Positions 9,234-20,157 of a stretch of 64,000 nucleotides of DNA are shown one piece after another. The position numbers were made by a program, and so were the translations under genes. Location: assembly GCA_963666985.2 (NCBI GenBank), contig CAXXIA010000002.1, positions 1,664,001 to 1,728,000 of the forward strand, given 5' to 3'. The DNA is from Spirochaetia bacterium. Lineage in GTDB: Bacteria > Spirochaetota > Spirochaetia > DSM-2461. The notes under the pieces are model-generated. The model had not been told where the DNA came from and did no database searches. It saw nothing but the letters and a program-made list of their open reading frames with translations. Within the stretch, counting starts at the first letter, position 1. Every line of letters starts with the position of its first letter.

Positions 9234-11189
9234 ATGAACTATCCGCATCGTGATTGTTCCATAACAGGCGTCGTCGTCCCCGTCTCGGCTCTCAAGAGTT
9301 CCCGGAGTCTCGGCATCGGTGAATTCGCCGACCTGGTGCCCCTGGGCCAATGGGCGGCCAAGGCGGGACTGTCCCTTATTCAAATCCTTCCGGTGAACGA
9401 TACGGGGTTTGAACGCTCGCCCTACAGCGCCTTGAGCGCCTTCGCCCTGCATCCCGTCTACGCCCGCCTCCGGGATTTTCCGGAAACAAGTAATCCGGAA
9501 GCCGGAGCGGCCGTCAAAGCTCTGGAAAAAACCCTGCCCTCGGGCACTCGGACGGACTTCGGCGCCGTACTCTCGGAAAAACTTCGCGTTCTTCGAATTC
9601 TTTGGAAAGCGGCTTCTCAGAACGCTCGAAATCAAGCCGCGGCCTGGGCTAAAAGCAATCCGTGGATTACCTCATACGCGCTATTCTCCTTTCTCCGGGA
9701 AAAACAGGACTTGCGCTCCTGGAAGGACTGGAACTCTCACATCAACCCAACTCCCGAAGATCTGGATGCGCTGTGGAAAGAACACGAAAACGATGCGGCT
9801 TTTTATGTATGGCTCCAATGGAGACTGGAAGAACAGCTCAAAGCCGCGGCCGAAGCCCTGGACGGAATGGGTATTGCCCTTAAAGGCGATATTCCCATTC
9901 TGATTAACGACGACAGCGCCGATGTCTGGGCTCAACGCTCCTATTTTCGTTTGGCTCTGCGGGCGGGAGCTCCGCCGGACGGAGAAGCTCCCGAGGGACA
10001 GAACTGGGGATTCCCCACGTATGATTGGGAGGCCCTCAGACGCGACGATTACCGCTGGTGGCGCGCCAGACTCAATCAAGCCGCCAAATTCTACCATGCC
10101 TTCCGTATCGACCACGTCCTCGGGTTTTTTCGAATCTGGGCGATTCCGGAAAACGACATTTCCGCGCTTATGGGGCATTACGCACCTTCGGCGGCCATTA
10201 CCCGCGACGAACTGAAGCGCCTGGGGTACGACGAGGGACGCATTACATGGCTTTCCCGATGCCATATTTCCGGAGGAGAACTGCGGGATGTTTTCGGTTC
10301 GGAATCGAATCTCGTAATGGAAATGCTGGAACAGGTCGGTTCGGAAGATCTCTGGCGCGACACCGCCGACGGCCCGACCGAAAAGGACGTTTCCGCCTCA
10401 AAACTCAGCGACGGTGCCAAAAACGCGCTCATCGGATATCTCCGGAACAGAACCTTCGTTATCGATCCTTCCGGCGGATTCCATGCTTCCTCCGTCTTCG
10501 GCTCTACGCGGGGATGGCAAAGCCTGAACGATGAAGAGCGCGCCGCCTTGGGCGGGCTTATCGACCGAAAAGGCGCCGAGTCCCTGCGGCTCTGGGAAAA
10601 AACGGGCCGGGAGCTTCTGGCGATGATGAAAGAGAACGGAGGCATGCTGGTCTGCGCCGAAGATCTCGGCGCCGTACCCGACTGCGTTCCGATTGTCCTG
10701 GCCGATCTTCATATCCTGGGACTCAAAGTAACCCGCTGGACCAGGCGCTGGTCCGAGCCGGGGCAGCCCTATATTCATCCCTCGGATTATCCGCGCCTTT
10801 CGGTAACAACCGGCTCGGTTCATGATTCCACGACACTCCGGGGATGGCTTTCGGGCGAAGCCGCGCGCGACGAAGAGCTCAGAAAGGGTCTTGATCTGCC
10901 CAAGAATCTTAACCTTGCGAAACCCGAAGCGGCGGCGGCCGTGCTCGAAGCCCTTCAAGACGGCCGCTCCCTGGTGGCCGCCCATCCTCTTCAGGATCTG
11001 TTGGCCCTCGATTTGAACTGCGTGGAAAAAAATCCCGACGATGAGCGGATTAATGTTCCCGGGACGGTTTGGGAAACCAACTGGACGTGGAGAATGAAGC
11101 CTTCACTCGAAGAACTCATGAAGAATAAAAAGCTGATTTCCCGTTTGAAAACCTTATCGGCCCGCCGGAAAAAAGGAGTTGCCTCATGA
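9234..11189 (+). CDS. malQ: 4-alpha-glucanotransferase (GH77)
   Basis: GIGEF, QILPVNDTG, SPYSALSAFALHP, FRIDHVLGFFRIW, AEDLG, HD, RINVPGT; GAGGAGG RBS. Confidence 0.93.
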   Translation: MNYPHRDCSITGVVVPVSALKSSRSLGIGEFADLVPLGQWAAKAGLSLIQILPVNDTGFERSPYSALSAFALHPVYARLRDFPETSNPEAGAAVKALEKTLPSGTRTDFGAVLSEKLRVLRILWKAASQNARNQAAAWAKSNPWITSYALFSFLREKQDLRSWKDWNSHINPTPEDLDALWKEHENDAAFYVWLQWRLEEQLKAAAEALDGMGIALKGDIPILINDDSADVWAQRSYFRLALRAGAPPDGEAPEGQNWGFPTYDWEALRRDDYRWWRARLNQAAKFYHAFRIDHVLGFFRIWAIPENDISALMGHYAPSAAITRDELKRLGYDEGRITWLSRCHISGGELRDVFGSESNLVMEMLEQVGSEDLWRDTADGPTEKDVSASKLSDGAKNALIGYLRNRTFVIDPSGGFHASSVFGSTRGWQSLNDEERAALGGLIDRKGAESLRLWEKTGRELLAMMKENGGMLVCAEDLGAVPDCVPIVLADLHILGLKVTRWTRRWSEPGQPYIHPSDYPRLSVTTGSVHDSTTLRGWLSGEAARDEELRKGLDLPKNLNLAKPEAAAAVLEALQDGRSLVAAHPLQDLLALDLNCVEKNPDDERINVPGTVWETNWTWRMKPSLEELMKNKKLISRLKTLSARRKKGVAS

Positions 11190-14100
11190 AGCGGCCCACT
11201 ATCCAGCTGCCCGTTTCCCGCCGTGCCAGAAGACTTCTGGAATTCCCGGAAAACCGATACGGCGACAACGGTTATCTGAAAATTCACGGTCCCAGAGACG
11301 CCAGAGAAATCGCGGCACGATATCATCACATCGACTCGGCGGTTCATCCGTCTGCGGCCGACATCTACGGGGCCTCGCTAATCGTTACGGCTTGGCGGCT
11401 CCTTCTGAAACAGTGGAATGAAGACGGAGACGGACACGAAGAAGCCGCCTTATCGGCCGTCCGCACCGTTCTGAACCGGGAAAAGACCGATCTTGTTCTC
11501 GCTGAAATTGTCTCTTCTTATCCGACTGACGATGTCTGGCACGGCCGGGCAACTCCGGGCGAATCCGTCGGCCGCACCACTGCCGACAATAACGGCCGTC
11601 TTGCCACGCTGCATGTGAAAACGCTCGTTACTTTAGCCGAAGGAAATCCCGCCTTCGCTCCTTTTCGGGGGCTATTCACGAACCCTGATGCTCCGGGAGA
11701 AGAAACCCTCAAAGCCTGGGAAGCCGTCGAAGCGGCGGATGGAAACCAAAAGCCGCGCCTTCCGGAGGATGATACGCCGCTTTCCACCCTGCGGCGGCCC
11801 ATTAATGCGGCTCCGTATTCCATCAAAGATCAGCTTCTTTACATCCTGACGCACTGGGGCGCTCTTCTCGGAGATTGGATGGCCGGCATCATCGGCGCGC
11901 TGGATATGATTGAAGAGGAAACCCGCCCCCGTTTCCACGGTCCCGGACCGGCGCGGGGTCCGGGAATCCACGGCTTGGACGGCATTGCACGATTCAGCAA
12001 CGACGACGACTGGATGCCGCGGGTGGTGCTCTTGGCGAAAAATGTCCTTGTCTGGCTTCATCAGCTCTCGGTAGCCTACGGACGTTCCGTCAAGACACTC
12101 TCGGATGTTCCCGATGAAGAGCTGAACCTCATGGCGTCCCGCGGATTCAACGCCTTGTGGCTCATCGGTCTCTGGGAACGCAGCCCGGCAAGCCGGGACA
12201 TTAAAAGGCGAATGGGAAATCCCGAAGCCGCCGCCTCCGCCTATTCTCTTTACGGCTATGAAATCGCCGCGGACATCGGCGGCTGGGGCGCTCTGGAAAA
12301 CTTACGGACCCGGGCCGCCGCCAGAGGAATCCGGCTTTCCAGCGACATGGTCCCCAATCATGTCGGTATCGATTCCGACTGGGTCCGGCATCATCCGGAG
12401 CGCCTGCTGGCACTGGAAGAGTGTCCCTATCCCGGCTACAGATTCAACTCCGACGATCTTTCCGGCGATTCCGGAGTCGATATCCGCCTTGAAGATCATT
12501 ATTACGATCGAAGCGACGCGGCCGTTGTGTTTCGCCGGGCGGACAAATCATCGGGAAGAACTCTCTACGTTTACCACGGCAACGACGGAACCTCCATGCC
12601 GTGGAACGACACCGCGCAAATCGATTTTCTGAATCCCGAAGCGCGTGAAGCGGTGATTCAGGACATTCTCCATGTGGCGAAAAACTTTCCCATTATCCGT
12701 TTCGATGCCGCCATGGTTCTGGCCCGGAAACATATCAGACGATTGTGGTTTCCCGCCCCCGGCGCCGGCGGAGCCATACCGTCGCGTTCCGAGCACGCTC
12801 TTACGGACGAGGAATTCGACGCGGCCATCCCTTCCGAATTCTGGATGGAGGTTGTCGACCGCGTGGCGGCCGAAGTTCCCGGAACCCTTCTTCTCGCCGA
12901 GGCTTTCTGGATGATGGAAGGCTTCTTCGTCAGAACGCTCGGAATGCATCGGGTATACAACTCGGCCTTCATGAACATGCTTCGCGACGGAAAAAACGGC
13001 GAATACAGAAGCATTCTCAAAGAAACCTTGGCCTTCGATCCCGGCATTCTCCAGCGTTTCGTCAATTTCATGAACAATCCGGACGAAGAAACCGCCGTCG
13101 CTCAATTCGGCGGCGACGACCGCTATTTCGCCGTGTGTACGCTGCTGACGACGCTTCCGGGCCTGCCCATGTTCGGCCACGGCCAAATCGAAGGCTTTTC
13201 GGAAAAATACGGCATGGAATATACCCGCGCCTACCGGGACGAGCCGCCCAACCTCGAACTGATTTCAAGACACGAAAGGGAAATTTTCCCGCTCCTGGGG
13301 CGCCGCTCCCTGTTTGCCGGGGCCGCGTCCTTCCGACTTTTCGATCTGGTCCGCGACGACGGAAGCGTCGCCGAAGACGTGTATGCTTTTACCAATACCG
13401 ACGGCTGGTCGGCAGCTCTGGTGGTGGTGAATAATGCGTATGAAAGAGCCTTTGGACGGCTGAAGCGCTCCGCTCCCGCGAAGAATCGGGACGGCGGAAC
13501 TTCGCAGGAAGAACTGGCCGCGTCTCTGGGCGCCGACGGTTTTCACGGAAAGGATTGGCTTCTTTTGCGGGAACATGTAAGCGGCCTCTGGTTTTTAAGA
13601 TCCACGGACGAACTTAAAGAGCACGGTTTGGGCATCGCCATCGACGGATACGGCCGCCAGGTTTTTCTCGACTTCCGCTGGGAACGGGAAACCCCCGACG
13701 GTTTGTGGGCCGCGCTCGCCGGAGAATTAAACGGAAACGGAACACCCAATCCCGACGAAGCGATAGCGGAAATCCGCCTGAGACCCATCAGAATTTTGCT
13801 TAATGAATTATCGAAACTCGGCGGAATCGGTGAGTTGGCCAAGGCCATCCGCCGCGGCGAACGTCCGGCGTGGCCCGCCGGCGAACTTGACGCCGCCCGA
13901 ACCGTTTCCCGTCTTCTGGCTCATCATACCGCCCTGGCACGAGCCGCGCACCCCGATGCCGCATCCGGCGGCCTCCGGAATCTTTCTCAAAAGCAACCGG
14001 ATTCCGCTCTCGTCCCGTCCGTGATTTCTGAAATTACACGGCGGCTTGCCGCCGCCGCGCGGCTTTGGCGGCCTTTGAGCGGCGGAATACGGCGAAAACT

Positions 14101-14596
14101 GAATCGGGCCTTCCCCATGCCGAACGCTCTTTCGGAAAACGACGGCGCGGAACTTCTGGCCCTATGGTGCCTCATGGCCCCCATTCTGGAAGCGGCCGAC
14201 CCGAAAAAACCGCAGGAAATTTGGCGGTTCTGGGGATTGGGCGCCTGGATTACCGAATCCGGATTATCAGGCGATACGGCTTCGGCGGCCGCATGCATCG
14301 AGTCGGTTCTGACGGCCGGAGATTGGATGTCTTCAAAGCCGGCCGACACGCTTACGCTTCTGATGTCGCTTTCGGAAATCAGAAGTTCATGCGGCGTGAA
14401 TTTCTGGGACGGCACGCTTTGGTACGATCGCGACGGCTGGCGCCGTACGGTTCGCGCCCTTATTCTTACGGCCGCCGTATCGAACACCGTAAACGCTCAT
14501 TCCCGAAGACCTCTAAAAGGCCTGATTCGAAAATGGCGAAAGGCGGACCGAGCCGCCGAATACCGCTTGGAAGCACTCCTGAAGAGTGCTCGTTGA
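11186..14596 (+). CDS. Large alpha-amylase family glycosyl hydrolase (GH13, 1136 aa)
   Basis: DMVPNH, IRFDAAM, LLAEAFW, FMNNPDE, TLPGLPMFGHGQ; ATGA-coupled to malQ. Confidence 0.88.
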   Translation: MKRPTIQLPVSRRARRLLEFPENRYGDNGYLKIHGPRDAREIAARYHHIDSAVHPSAADIYGASLIVTAWRLLLKQWNEDGDGHEEAALSAVRTVLNREKTDLVLAEIVSSYPTDDVWHGRATPGESVGRTTADNNGRLATLHVKTLVTLAEGNPAFAPFRGLFTNPDAPGEETLKAWEAVEAADGNQKPRLPEDDTPLSTLRRPINAAPYSIKDQLLYILTHWGALLGDWMAGIIGALDMIEEETRPRFHGPGPARGPGIHGLDGIARFSNDDDWMPRVVLLAKNVLVWLHQLSVAYGRSVKTLSDVPDEELNLMASRGFNALWLIGLWERSPASRDIKRRMGNPEAAASAYSLYGYEIAADIGGWGALENLRTRAAARGIRLSSDMVPNHVGIDSDWVRHHPERLLALEECPYPGYRFNSDDLSGDSGVDIRLEDHYYDRSDAAVVFRRADKSSGRTLYVYHGNDGTSMPWNDTAQIDFLNPEAREAVIQDILHVAKNFPIIRFDAAMVLARKHIRRLWFPAPGAGGAIPSRSEHALTDEEFDAAIPSEFWMEVVDRVAAEVPGTLLLAEAFWMMEGFFVRTLGMHRVYNSAFMNMLRDGKNGEYRSILKETLAFDPGILQRFVNFMNNPDEETAVAQFGGDDRYFAVCTLLTTLPGLPMFGHGQIEGFSEKYGMEYTRAYRDEPPNLELISRHEREIFPLLGRRSLFAGAASFRLFDLVRDDGSVAEDVYAFTNTDGWSAALVVVNNAYERAFGRLKRSAPAKNRDGGTSQEELAASLGADGFHGKDWLLLREHVSGLWFLRSTDELKEHGLGIAIDGYGRQVFLDFRWERETPDGLWAALAGELNGNGTPNPDEAIAEIRLRPIRILLNELSKLGGIGELAKAIRRGERPAWPAGELDAARTVSRLLAHHTALARAAHPDAASGGLRNLSQKQPDSALVPSVISEITRRLAAAARLWRPLSGGIRRKLNRAFPMPNALSENDGAELLALWCLMAPILEAADPKKPQEIWRFWGLGAWITESGLSGDTASAAACIESVLTAGDWMSSKPADTLTLLMSLSEIRSSCGVNFWDGTLWYDRDGWRRTVRALILTAAVSNTVNAHSRRPLKGLIRKWRKADRAAEYRLEALLKSAR

Positions 14597-14628
14597 CGGT
14601 CTTGGTAAGCGAGAAGTAGACTACGCCC

Positions 14629-15291
14629 ATGAATAAGGTGGCTCTGGTGGCCGGGAGCGAAACACTGACCGGTCGGAAACTGATAGAAAAGCTCCTGGAC
14701 CGGGGCACCAAAGTTGTAGCGCCCATTACCGGAAAAGAAACCGATATTGCCGATTCCGGTGTTTCGGATTTAACGGTTTTTTCCTGGAACCGTTCTTCCT
14801 GGTTTTCAACCAAAGCCGTGGTTCGTGAAAGCCTGCGGCTTCACGGACATATCGATTCCTTCTGGCTTTTCCATCATGCCGTTCCCTCCCGAACGGCTTT
14901 TGCCGATACCACAACCGGAGAAATCGAGACGGTTCTGGAACAATCCCTGAAAGGCAGCATCGCTCTGGTTCGGGAACTGGCGGGGCCTCTGTCGCGATCA
15001 AACGGTTTTTTAGGGATGGTTATGCCCTATAAAACCGGAACAGCCCAGGGGCCGATGGATTCCATGGCCGCCGCCGCTTTCACGGGATTCGCCGGATCGT
15101 ACGTTAAGGAAGCCGGCCCGGTTCTCTGGGCCTGCGGTTTCGCCGGTTTATCGCCGGACGCCGACGGCTTTGCCGACGAACTTTTGCGCCTGTCGGATGA
15201 AAAGCCGGACAAACTTCGCGGTCGATGGTACCGTTATTCCGGAAGCCGGAGACAGTTCGGAAGATCCTCTTACGTGGATTCCGTTTTCTAA
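14629..15291 (+). CDS. SDR-like Rossmann-fold protein (degenerate)
   Basis: KVALVAGSETLTGRKL N-terminus, GHIDS; no clear YxxxK. Confidence 0.6.
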   Translation: MNKVALVAGSETLTGRKLIEKLLDRGTKVVAPITGKETDIADSGVSDLTVFSWNRSSWFSTKAVVRESLRLHGHIDSFWLFHHAVPSRTAFADTTTGEIETVLEQSLKGSIALVRELAGPLSRSNGFLGMVMPYKTGTAQGPMDSMAAAAFTGFAGSYVKEAGPVLWACGFAGLSPDADGFADELLRLSDEKPDKLRGRWYRYSGSRRQFGRSSYVDSVF

Positions 15292-15315
15292 TTCTGTTGA
15301 TTGAAAGGAACGAGT

Positions 15316-16527
15316 GTGAAAACGATTTATAAATATATTCTTGGAACGGCCGCCGGTCTGGCAATCGGTTTTCTCCTGAAGCCAAGTGAAAATCTCTCCG
15401 CCGTGCTTGTCGCTTCGGGAGAAATGGCGGTGCGGATCGGCCGATATCTTCTTTTGCCGCTCATCTTCTTCTCTCTTCCCGTAGCCGTTACAAAACTGCG
15501 CCGTACGGGAAAACTCGGTCTTCTTCTTTCCCGATCCGCGCTTTACATGGTAATCGCTTCCGCGGTTCTCGCCGTTTTGGGAACCTTCACCGCCTGGATT
15601 ATAGGATTTGGAAGAATTCCCGTTATTCCCGGCGTTCGGCCCGAAGTGGAAGTAACGACGCTGGGAACCATTGCACGAAGTGTTCTGGAAACAAACAGCT
15701 TCCGGGCCCTGGCGGGAGAATCATCCTTTCTCCTGCCGCTTCTGGTTCCGGCGTTCCTCCTCGGATGGCATTTTCACCACGACAGAGAAATCGCGGAACC
15801 CGCGTTCAACCTTTTTGATTCTCTTTCCAGAATCCTGTATCGGGCCAACCGCTACATACTCCTGCTGATGCCGTTCTTTTTGGCCGTTCTGACGGCCTCC
15901 ACCGTTGTAAACGCCCGAACGATCATCGACTTTAATCGATATCTTCCTCTTTTCGGAGTGCTTCTCGGCTTAACCGTTCTTCTCCTCTTCGGACTGTTTC
16001 CTCTCATTCTCTGGCTGTTCGGAGGCAAACGCTCGCCATGGAAAGCCCTGGGCGGAATCTGCTGCGCCCTTTGGGGATCGTTCATCTCGGCCTCGCCTCT
16101 GTTCAACTATGGAAATTTAACGGTTCATCTTAAAAAAAATCTCCGCGTCCGCAGGCAAACGGCGGCCCTCATCGCCCCCTCGTACCTGATGTTCGCCAGG
16201 GCGGGAACGGCCATGGTATCGGCGGTCTGCATGCTGACCGTTATTCGATCTTTCTCCAGTCTGGAAATCACCTTGTTTCAGGCCGCATGGACCGCCGTGT
16301 TTTCCTTTCTGGTCTCTTTTGCTCTTCCGGCCACGCCGGATAAAGGCTTAACCGCGGCACTGATAATGATGGGCTCTCTCTACGGTCGCGGCTTGGACGA
16401 CGGCTGGCTGATCCTGGCGCCGGCCCTGCCGCTTCTTACCATGATCACCGCGCTCCTGGACACCGCTACCGGCGCCCTTTTAATACTCCTGGCCAACAGA
16501 AGATGCGGACTGGAGAGTACGAAATAA
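15316..16527 (+). CDS. Dicarboxylate/amino acid:cation symporter family protein
   Basis: Multi-TM; LPLIFFSL, F.R.GTAM, LDTA motifs typical of DAACS. Confidence 0.75.
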   Translation: MKTIYKYILGTAAGLAIGFLLKPSENLSAVLVASGEMAVRIGRYLLLPLIFFSLPVAVTKLRRTGKLGLLLSRSALYMVIASAVLAVLGTFTAWIIGFGRIPVIPGVRPEVEVTTLGTIARSVLETNSFRALAGESSFLLPLLVPAFLLGWHFHHDREIAEPAFNLFDSLSRILYRANRYILLLMPFFLAVLTASTVVNARTIIDFNRYLPLFGVLLGLTVLLLFGLFPLILWLFGGKRSPWKALGGICCALWGSFISASPLFNYGNLTVHLKKNLRVRRQTAALIAPSYLMFARAGTAMVSAVCMLTVIRSFSSLEITLFQAAWTAVFSFLVSFALPATPDKGLTAALIMMGSLYGRGLDDGWLILAPALPLLTMITALLDTATGALLILLANRRCGLESTK

Positions 16528-16611
16528 TCGGGTAATGCGCGTTCGAAAACGATAAAGAGGCCTCGAATAAAGATTCGCCTGGGGCGGATTTATCCGCCTC
16601 CCCGCTCAAAC

Positions 16612-17304
16612 TCACCCTATCCGTTCCGTTTTATCCCGGGACTCGTTTCGATTCACTCGAAATCGTAGCGACGCGGTAAGCGAAGCCTGGAATCCATGAA
16701 AAAAGGGCGCTTCCGTCCAGATGGGCGAAAAGGGCTGATAAAACCTTAATCCGACCAGTGCATTCAGAGTCTCCGAAACAGGGAAAGCCGTCCATGCGGA
16801 AAAACCGAGATGAAGAAACTCGGCGGCGCCGTAATAGGCCGCCCAAAAATCACGCGGTTCCGCGCTTCCGTTTTGAGCCGTCCACAGCGGAAAACGAAGA
16901 TATATCGACGGTCCGCCCTGAATCCCGATAACGGTTTTTCCCGTATGAAAGGCATATCCGACGTGTGTATCGAGCATCAGCCCGAGAACCTTCATATGGT
17001 CGCCCTCGGCTTCGTCACAGGGGCGTGCGATTTCCTGTTCCAAATCTTCGGTATTCCATGAAAACCATGCGCCGGGCCTTAAATACAGACCGCCGGCTTC
17101 TCCGCTCCAATCGAAAAACAGAGAAGCACCGGGATTGAACATAAACTTCGACGGCTGTTTCCGATCGGCTTCCGTACCGATTTCGCCGTTGTATTGAAAC
17201 GTAAAACCCAAATCCAAATCCCAAGCCTTCCATTCAAGAGAATAAGCTTGAGCGGCGAAGAGAAGAATAACGGCCTGTAGAAAAAAGCATCGCTTCACGT
17301 TCAT
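16612..17304 (-). CDS. Hypothetical exported/outer-membrane beta-rich protein
   Basis: Signal peptide, alternating aromatic strands; possible GTG start at 17298. Confidence 0.65.
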   Translation of the reverse strand: MNVKRCFFLQAVILLFAAQAYSLEWKAWDLDLGFTFQYNGEIGTEADRKQPSKFMFNPGASLFFDWSGEAGGLYLRPGAWFSWNTEDLEQEIARPCDEAEGDHMKVLGLMLDTHVGYAFHTGKTVIGIQGGPSIYLRFPLWTAQNGSAEPRDFWAAYYGAAEFLHLGFSAWTAFPVSETLNALVGLRFYQPFSPIWTEAPFFHGFQASLTASLRFRVNRNESRDKTERIG

Positions 17305-17439
17305 AGTTTAGCACAGGAAGACTTGGATTCCTCCCGGTTTCGGAAAAGAGAATAACGGATATTCAAGCCGTAACGGGCCGATTTACACTGCGCCTTCGCA
17401 AATTCAGCCCGCCGAAGAACGTCAAAAGAGAATCCCGAC

Positions 17440-19167
17440 TTACAATGATCCTTTACGCCGTTCAAGAATCCATTGGGTTACGGAAGCCGCCACCTCATCC
17501 AGCGGCATTTCAACTTTGCCGCCGTCCGCGCGGTATTTCACCTCGGCTTTGCCTTCGGCCACCGAACGGCCGCCGAAAACCACCTGCACCGGATACCCGA
17601 TGAGATCGGCGTCCTTGAATTTAAATCCGGCCCGCTCGTTTCTATCGTCGATAACAACATCGAGACCGGCCGCGGAAAACTCTTTATAAGCCTTTTCCGC
17701 GGCCTCCATTACAGCCTCGTCGTTTATCTGAAGCGGCAGAACAACAACTTCATAGGGAGCCACGGGAACCGGCCAGACGATGCCGTTCTCATCATGATTC
17801 TGCTCAATGGTCGCGGCCATGGTTCGCCCCACGCCGATTCCATAGCACCCCATTTCCGCCGGTTTCGCATCACCGTTTTCATCCAGATAAGTACAGTTCA
17901 TTTTTTCCGAGTATTTGGTTCCCAAATAGAAAACTTGTCCCACTTCAATACCGCGGTATTCCTCAAGTTTTCCCCCCTCGCACCTGGGGCAGGCATCGCC
18001 CGGAGCGGCGAAGGCAATGTCCAGGAACGTATCGGGGGTAAAATCGCGTCCGATATTCGCATTTTTCAAATGCTTATCGGTTTTATTCGCACCGCAGATC
18101 CAATTCACCCCTCCGGCCACGGAAAGATCCGCGATGATGGAGATTCCGGATAATCCCACCGGACCGACGTATCCCGGCTCAACACCAACCGCTTCTTTCA
18201 CAAGAGAATCGGAAGCAAGCCGCAGAGCGCCGGCTCCGAGAGCCGCCTGCAGCTTCGACTCATTAACATCCCTCTCCCCGGAAATCAGCACCACGACCGC
18301 TTTCGAATCGGCTTCATAAACAAGACTCTTCAGAAACCCCGAAGCGGATGCACCCATAAAGGCCGCGACATCTTCTATGGTTTTCTTTCCCGGAGTATCA
18401 ACTGTTTCGAGAGACTCAAATAAAGAAGCATCGGGTTCCTTGAAGGAACGGGGCGTCGTAGCCTTCTCAATGTTCGCCGCATAATCACAGCAGTCGCAGC
18501 TCAAAATCAAATCCTCGCCGGATTCCGCCAGAACCTGGAACTCATGGCTCATATCGCCGCCGATTTCTCCGGTGGCCGCGTCCACGGCCCGAAACCGGAC
18601 GCCGCAGCGCTTGAAAATCGCCGTATACGCTTCATACATCAGCCAATAAGACTTCTTGGCACCCTCTTCGTCCAAATCAAAGCTGTAGGCATCCTTCATG
18701 ATGAATTCGCGTCCCCTCATCAGTCCGAAGCGCGGGCGGAATTCATCACGAAATTTTCCCTGAATCTGATACAGATTCCAGGGAAGCTGCTTCCAGGAGC
18801 GAAGGTTCCGGCGGACCATGTCCGTAATCACTTCCTCGTGAGTCGGTCCCATGCAGTAATCATTGCCCTTGCGGTCCTTGAACCGAAGAAGCAGATCACC
18901 GTACAAATCCCATCGGCCGGATTCCTGCCAAAGTTCCGCCGGCAGGACGGACGGCATCAGAACTTCCTCGCATCCCCGTTCATCCAGTTCCTCCCGGATA
19001 ATTTTCTCAATCTTCCGTATGCTCCTGAGGGCCAGAGGAAGATAATTATAAATACCGCTGGAGAGCTGCTGAATCATTCCCGCGCGGAACATAAGCTGAT
19101 GACTGGGAATCTGGGCGTCCTTGGGGATTTCCTTGAGGGTTCTGTAGAACGAGTGACTAAGGCGCAT
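17440..19167 (-). CDS. proS: Proline--tRNA ligase (bacterial type with editing domain)
   Basis: SHQLMFRAG, GPTHEE, FRDEFRPRFGLMRGREF.MKDAYSF, GIEVGQVF, MGCYGIG. Confidence 0.97.
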   Translation of the reverse strand: MRLSHSFYRTLKEIPKDAQIPSHQLMFRAGMIQQLSSGIYNYLPLALRSIRKIEKIIREELDERGCEEVLMPSVLPAELWQESGRWDLYGDLLLRFKDRKGNDYCMGPTHEEVITDMVRRNLRSWKQLPWNLYQIQGKFRDEFRPRFGLMRGREFIMKDAYSFDLDEEGAKKSYWLMYEAYTAIFKRCGVRFRAVDAATGEIGGDMSHEFQVLAESGEDLILSCDCCDYAANIEKATTPRSFKEPDASLFESLETVDTPGKKTIEDVAAFMGASASGFLKSLVYEADSKAVVVLISGERDVNESKLQAALGAGALRLASDSLVKEAVGVEPGYVGPVGLSGISIIADLSVAGGVNWICGANKTDKHLKNANIGRDFTPDTFLDIAFAAPGDACPRCEGGKLEEYRGIEVGQVFYLGTKYSEKMNCTYLDENGDAKPAEMGCYGIGVGRTMAATIEQNHDENGIVWPVPVAPYEVVVLPLQINDEAVMEAAEKAYKEFSAAGLDVVIDDRNERAGFKFKDADLIGYPVQVVFGGRSVAEGKAEVKYRADGGKVEMPLDEVAASVTQWILERRKGSL

Positions 19168-19301
19168 GGTTCTTACTCCTGAAAACATCGAAACCCGCAC
19201 ATTCAGCGGGTTTCTTTTAAGGCTCTTTCGAGAAAAGATTATATGAATTCGTATCGATCGGCGATAGTCGTTCCCGCGCCGCCGTTTCGGGCGGCCGGAG
19301 A

Positions 19302-20009
19302 TTACTTAAGACTGAGCGTTTCCACCATGTAGCGAACCGAAAGGTCGGCGGACTCCTTGGCCACGACGATAACCAGCGATTTACCGCCGGGACCCGCCAA
19401 GACACGAACAATCTCGTAGGAAACAATCCCTTCGCGTTTTCTCTCCGGATTTCCCACCGAATATTCGGCACGGGCCCCGTTGGAATCCGTTACGGATATA
19501 CTGATATGAAACGACGCGGCGGCGGCTTCGGCGTCCCCTTCGTTCTCCTGATTCAAAGCGAGATTATATTCTCTTCCCCGTTCGAAATCCCTGAAAGAAA
19601 GCATTGAAGAAGATTCACCGTCGCTTTCCGCGGGCATTTCGGAATCATCCCCGTTGCTTCGGGTATAGAGCAGCCGGCCCTGTTCCAAATGATCAATCCC
19701 GTACCGCTTCTTAACCTCATACGCTTCGGAAAGAAGTTCGTACAAAGCCCCTCGAGAATTCCGGTTCGGAATCATGGGAACATTCCGGCCGACTTTCTTC
19801 CAGCCGCCGGGAACGTATTCGTTTCGTGCAACGTCCACAATGGCGACTTCGGCATAAACCTGACCGGCATTCGTTACGGAAACATGCTGGCCGAACATGA
19901 AATAACGGCCGTCGGGACTGAAGCCGAGATTCTCGAAAACGGCCAAGTCTCCGGCGAACGCCAACGTCGCCGTCAACGCCAGTAAAAGGGTAATGATCGA
20001 TCTTTTCAT
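19302..20009 (-). CDS. DUF2259-like secreted protein
   Basis: Signal peptide then AGDLAVFENLGFSPDGRYFMFGQ. Confidence 0.75.
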   Translation of the reverse strand: MKRSIITLLLALTATLAFAGDLAVFENLGFSPDGRYFMFGQHVSVTNAGQVYAEVAIVDVARNEYVPGGWKKVGRNVPMIPNRNSRGALYELLSEAYEVKKRYGIDHLEQGRLLYTRSNGDDSEMPAESDGESSSMLSFRDFERGREYNLALNQENEGDAEAAAASFHISISVTDSNGARAEYSVGNPERKREGIVSYEIVRVLAGPGGKSLVIVVAKESADLSVRYMVETLSLK

Positions 20010-20157
20010 GGTGATTACCTCGATTCTCTCATCGACCAATTCCTTTGGCGACATGAGGTTTTTCCATCCGTGACCGCCATGAAAAGGTCTTTCAAGATGA
20101 GATGCGGATGTTTTTCCTCTTGGCCGCCCCGATTGTTCGTGTCATTCTATCAATACG

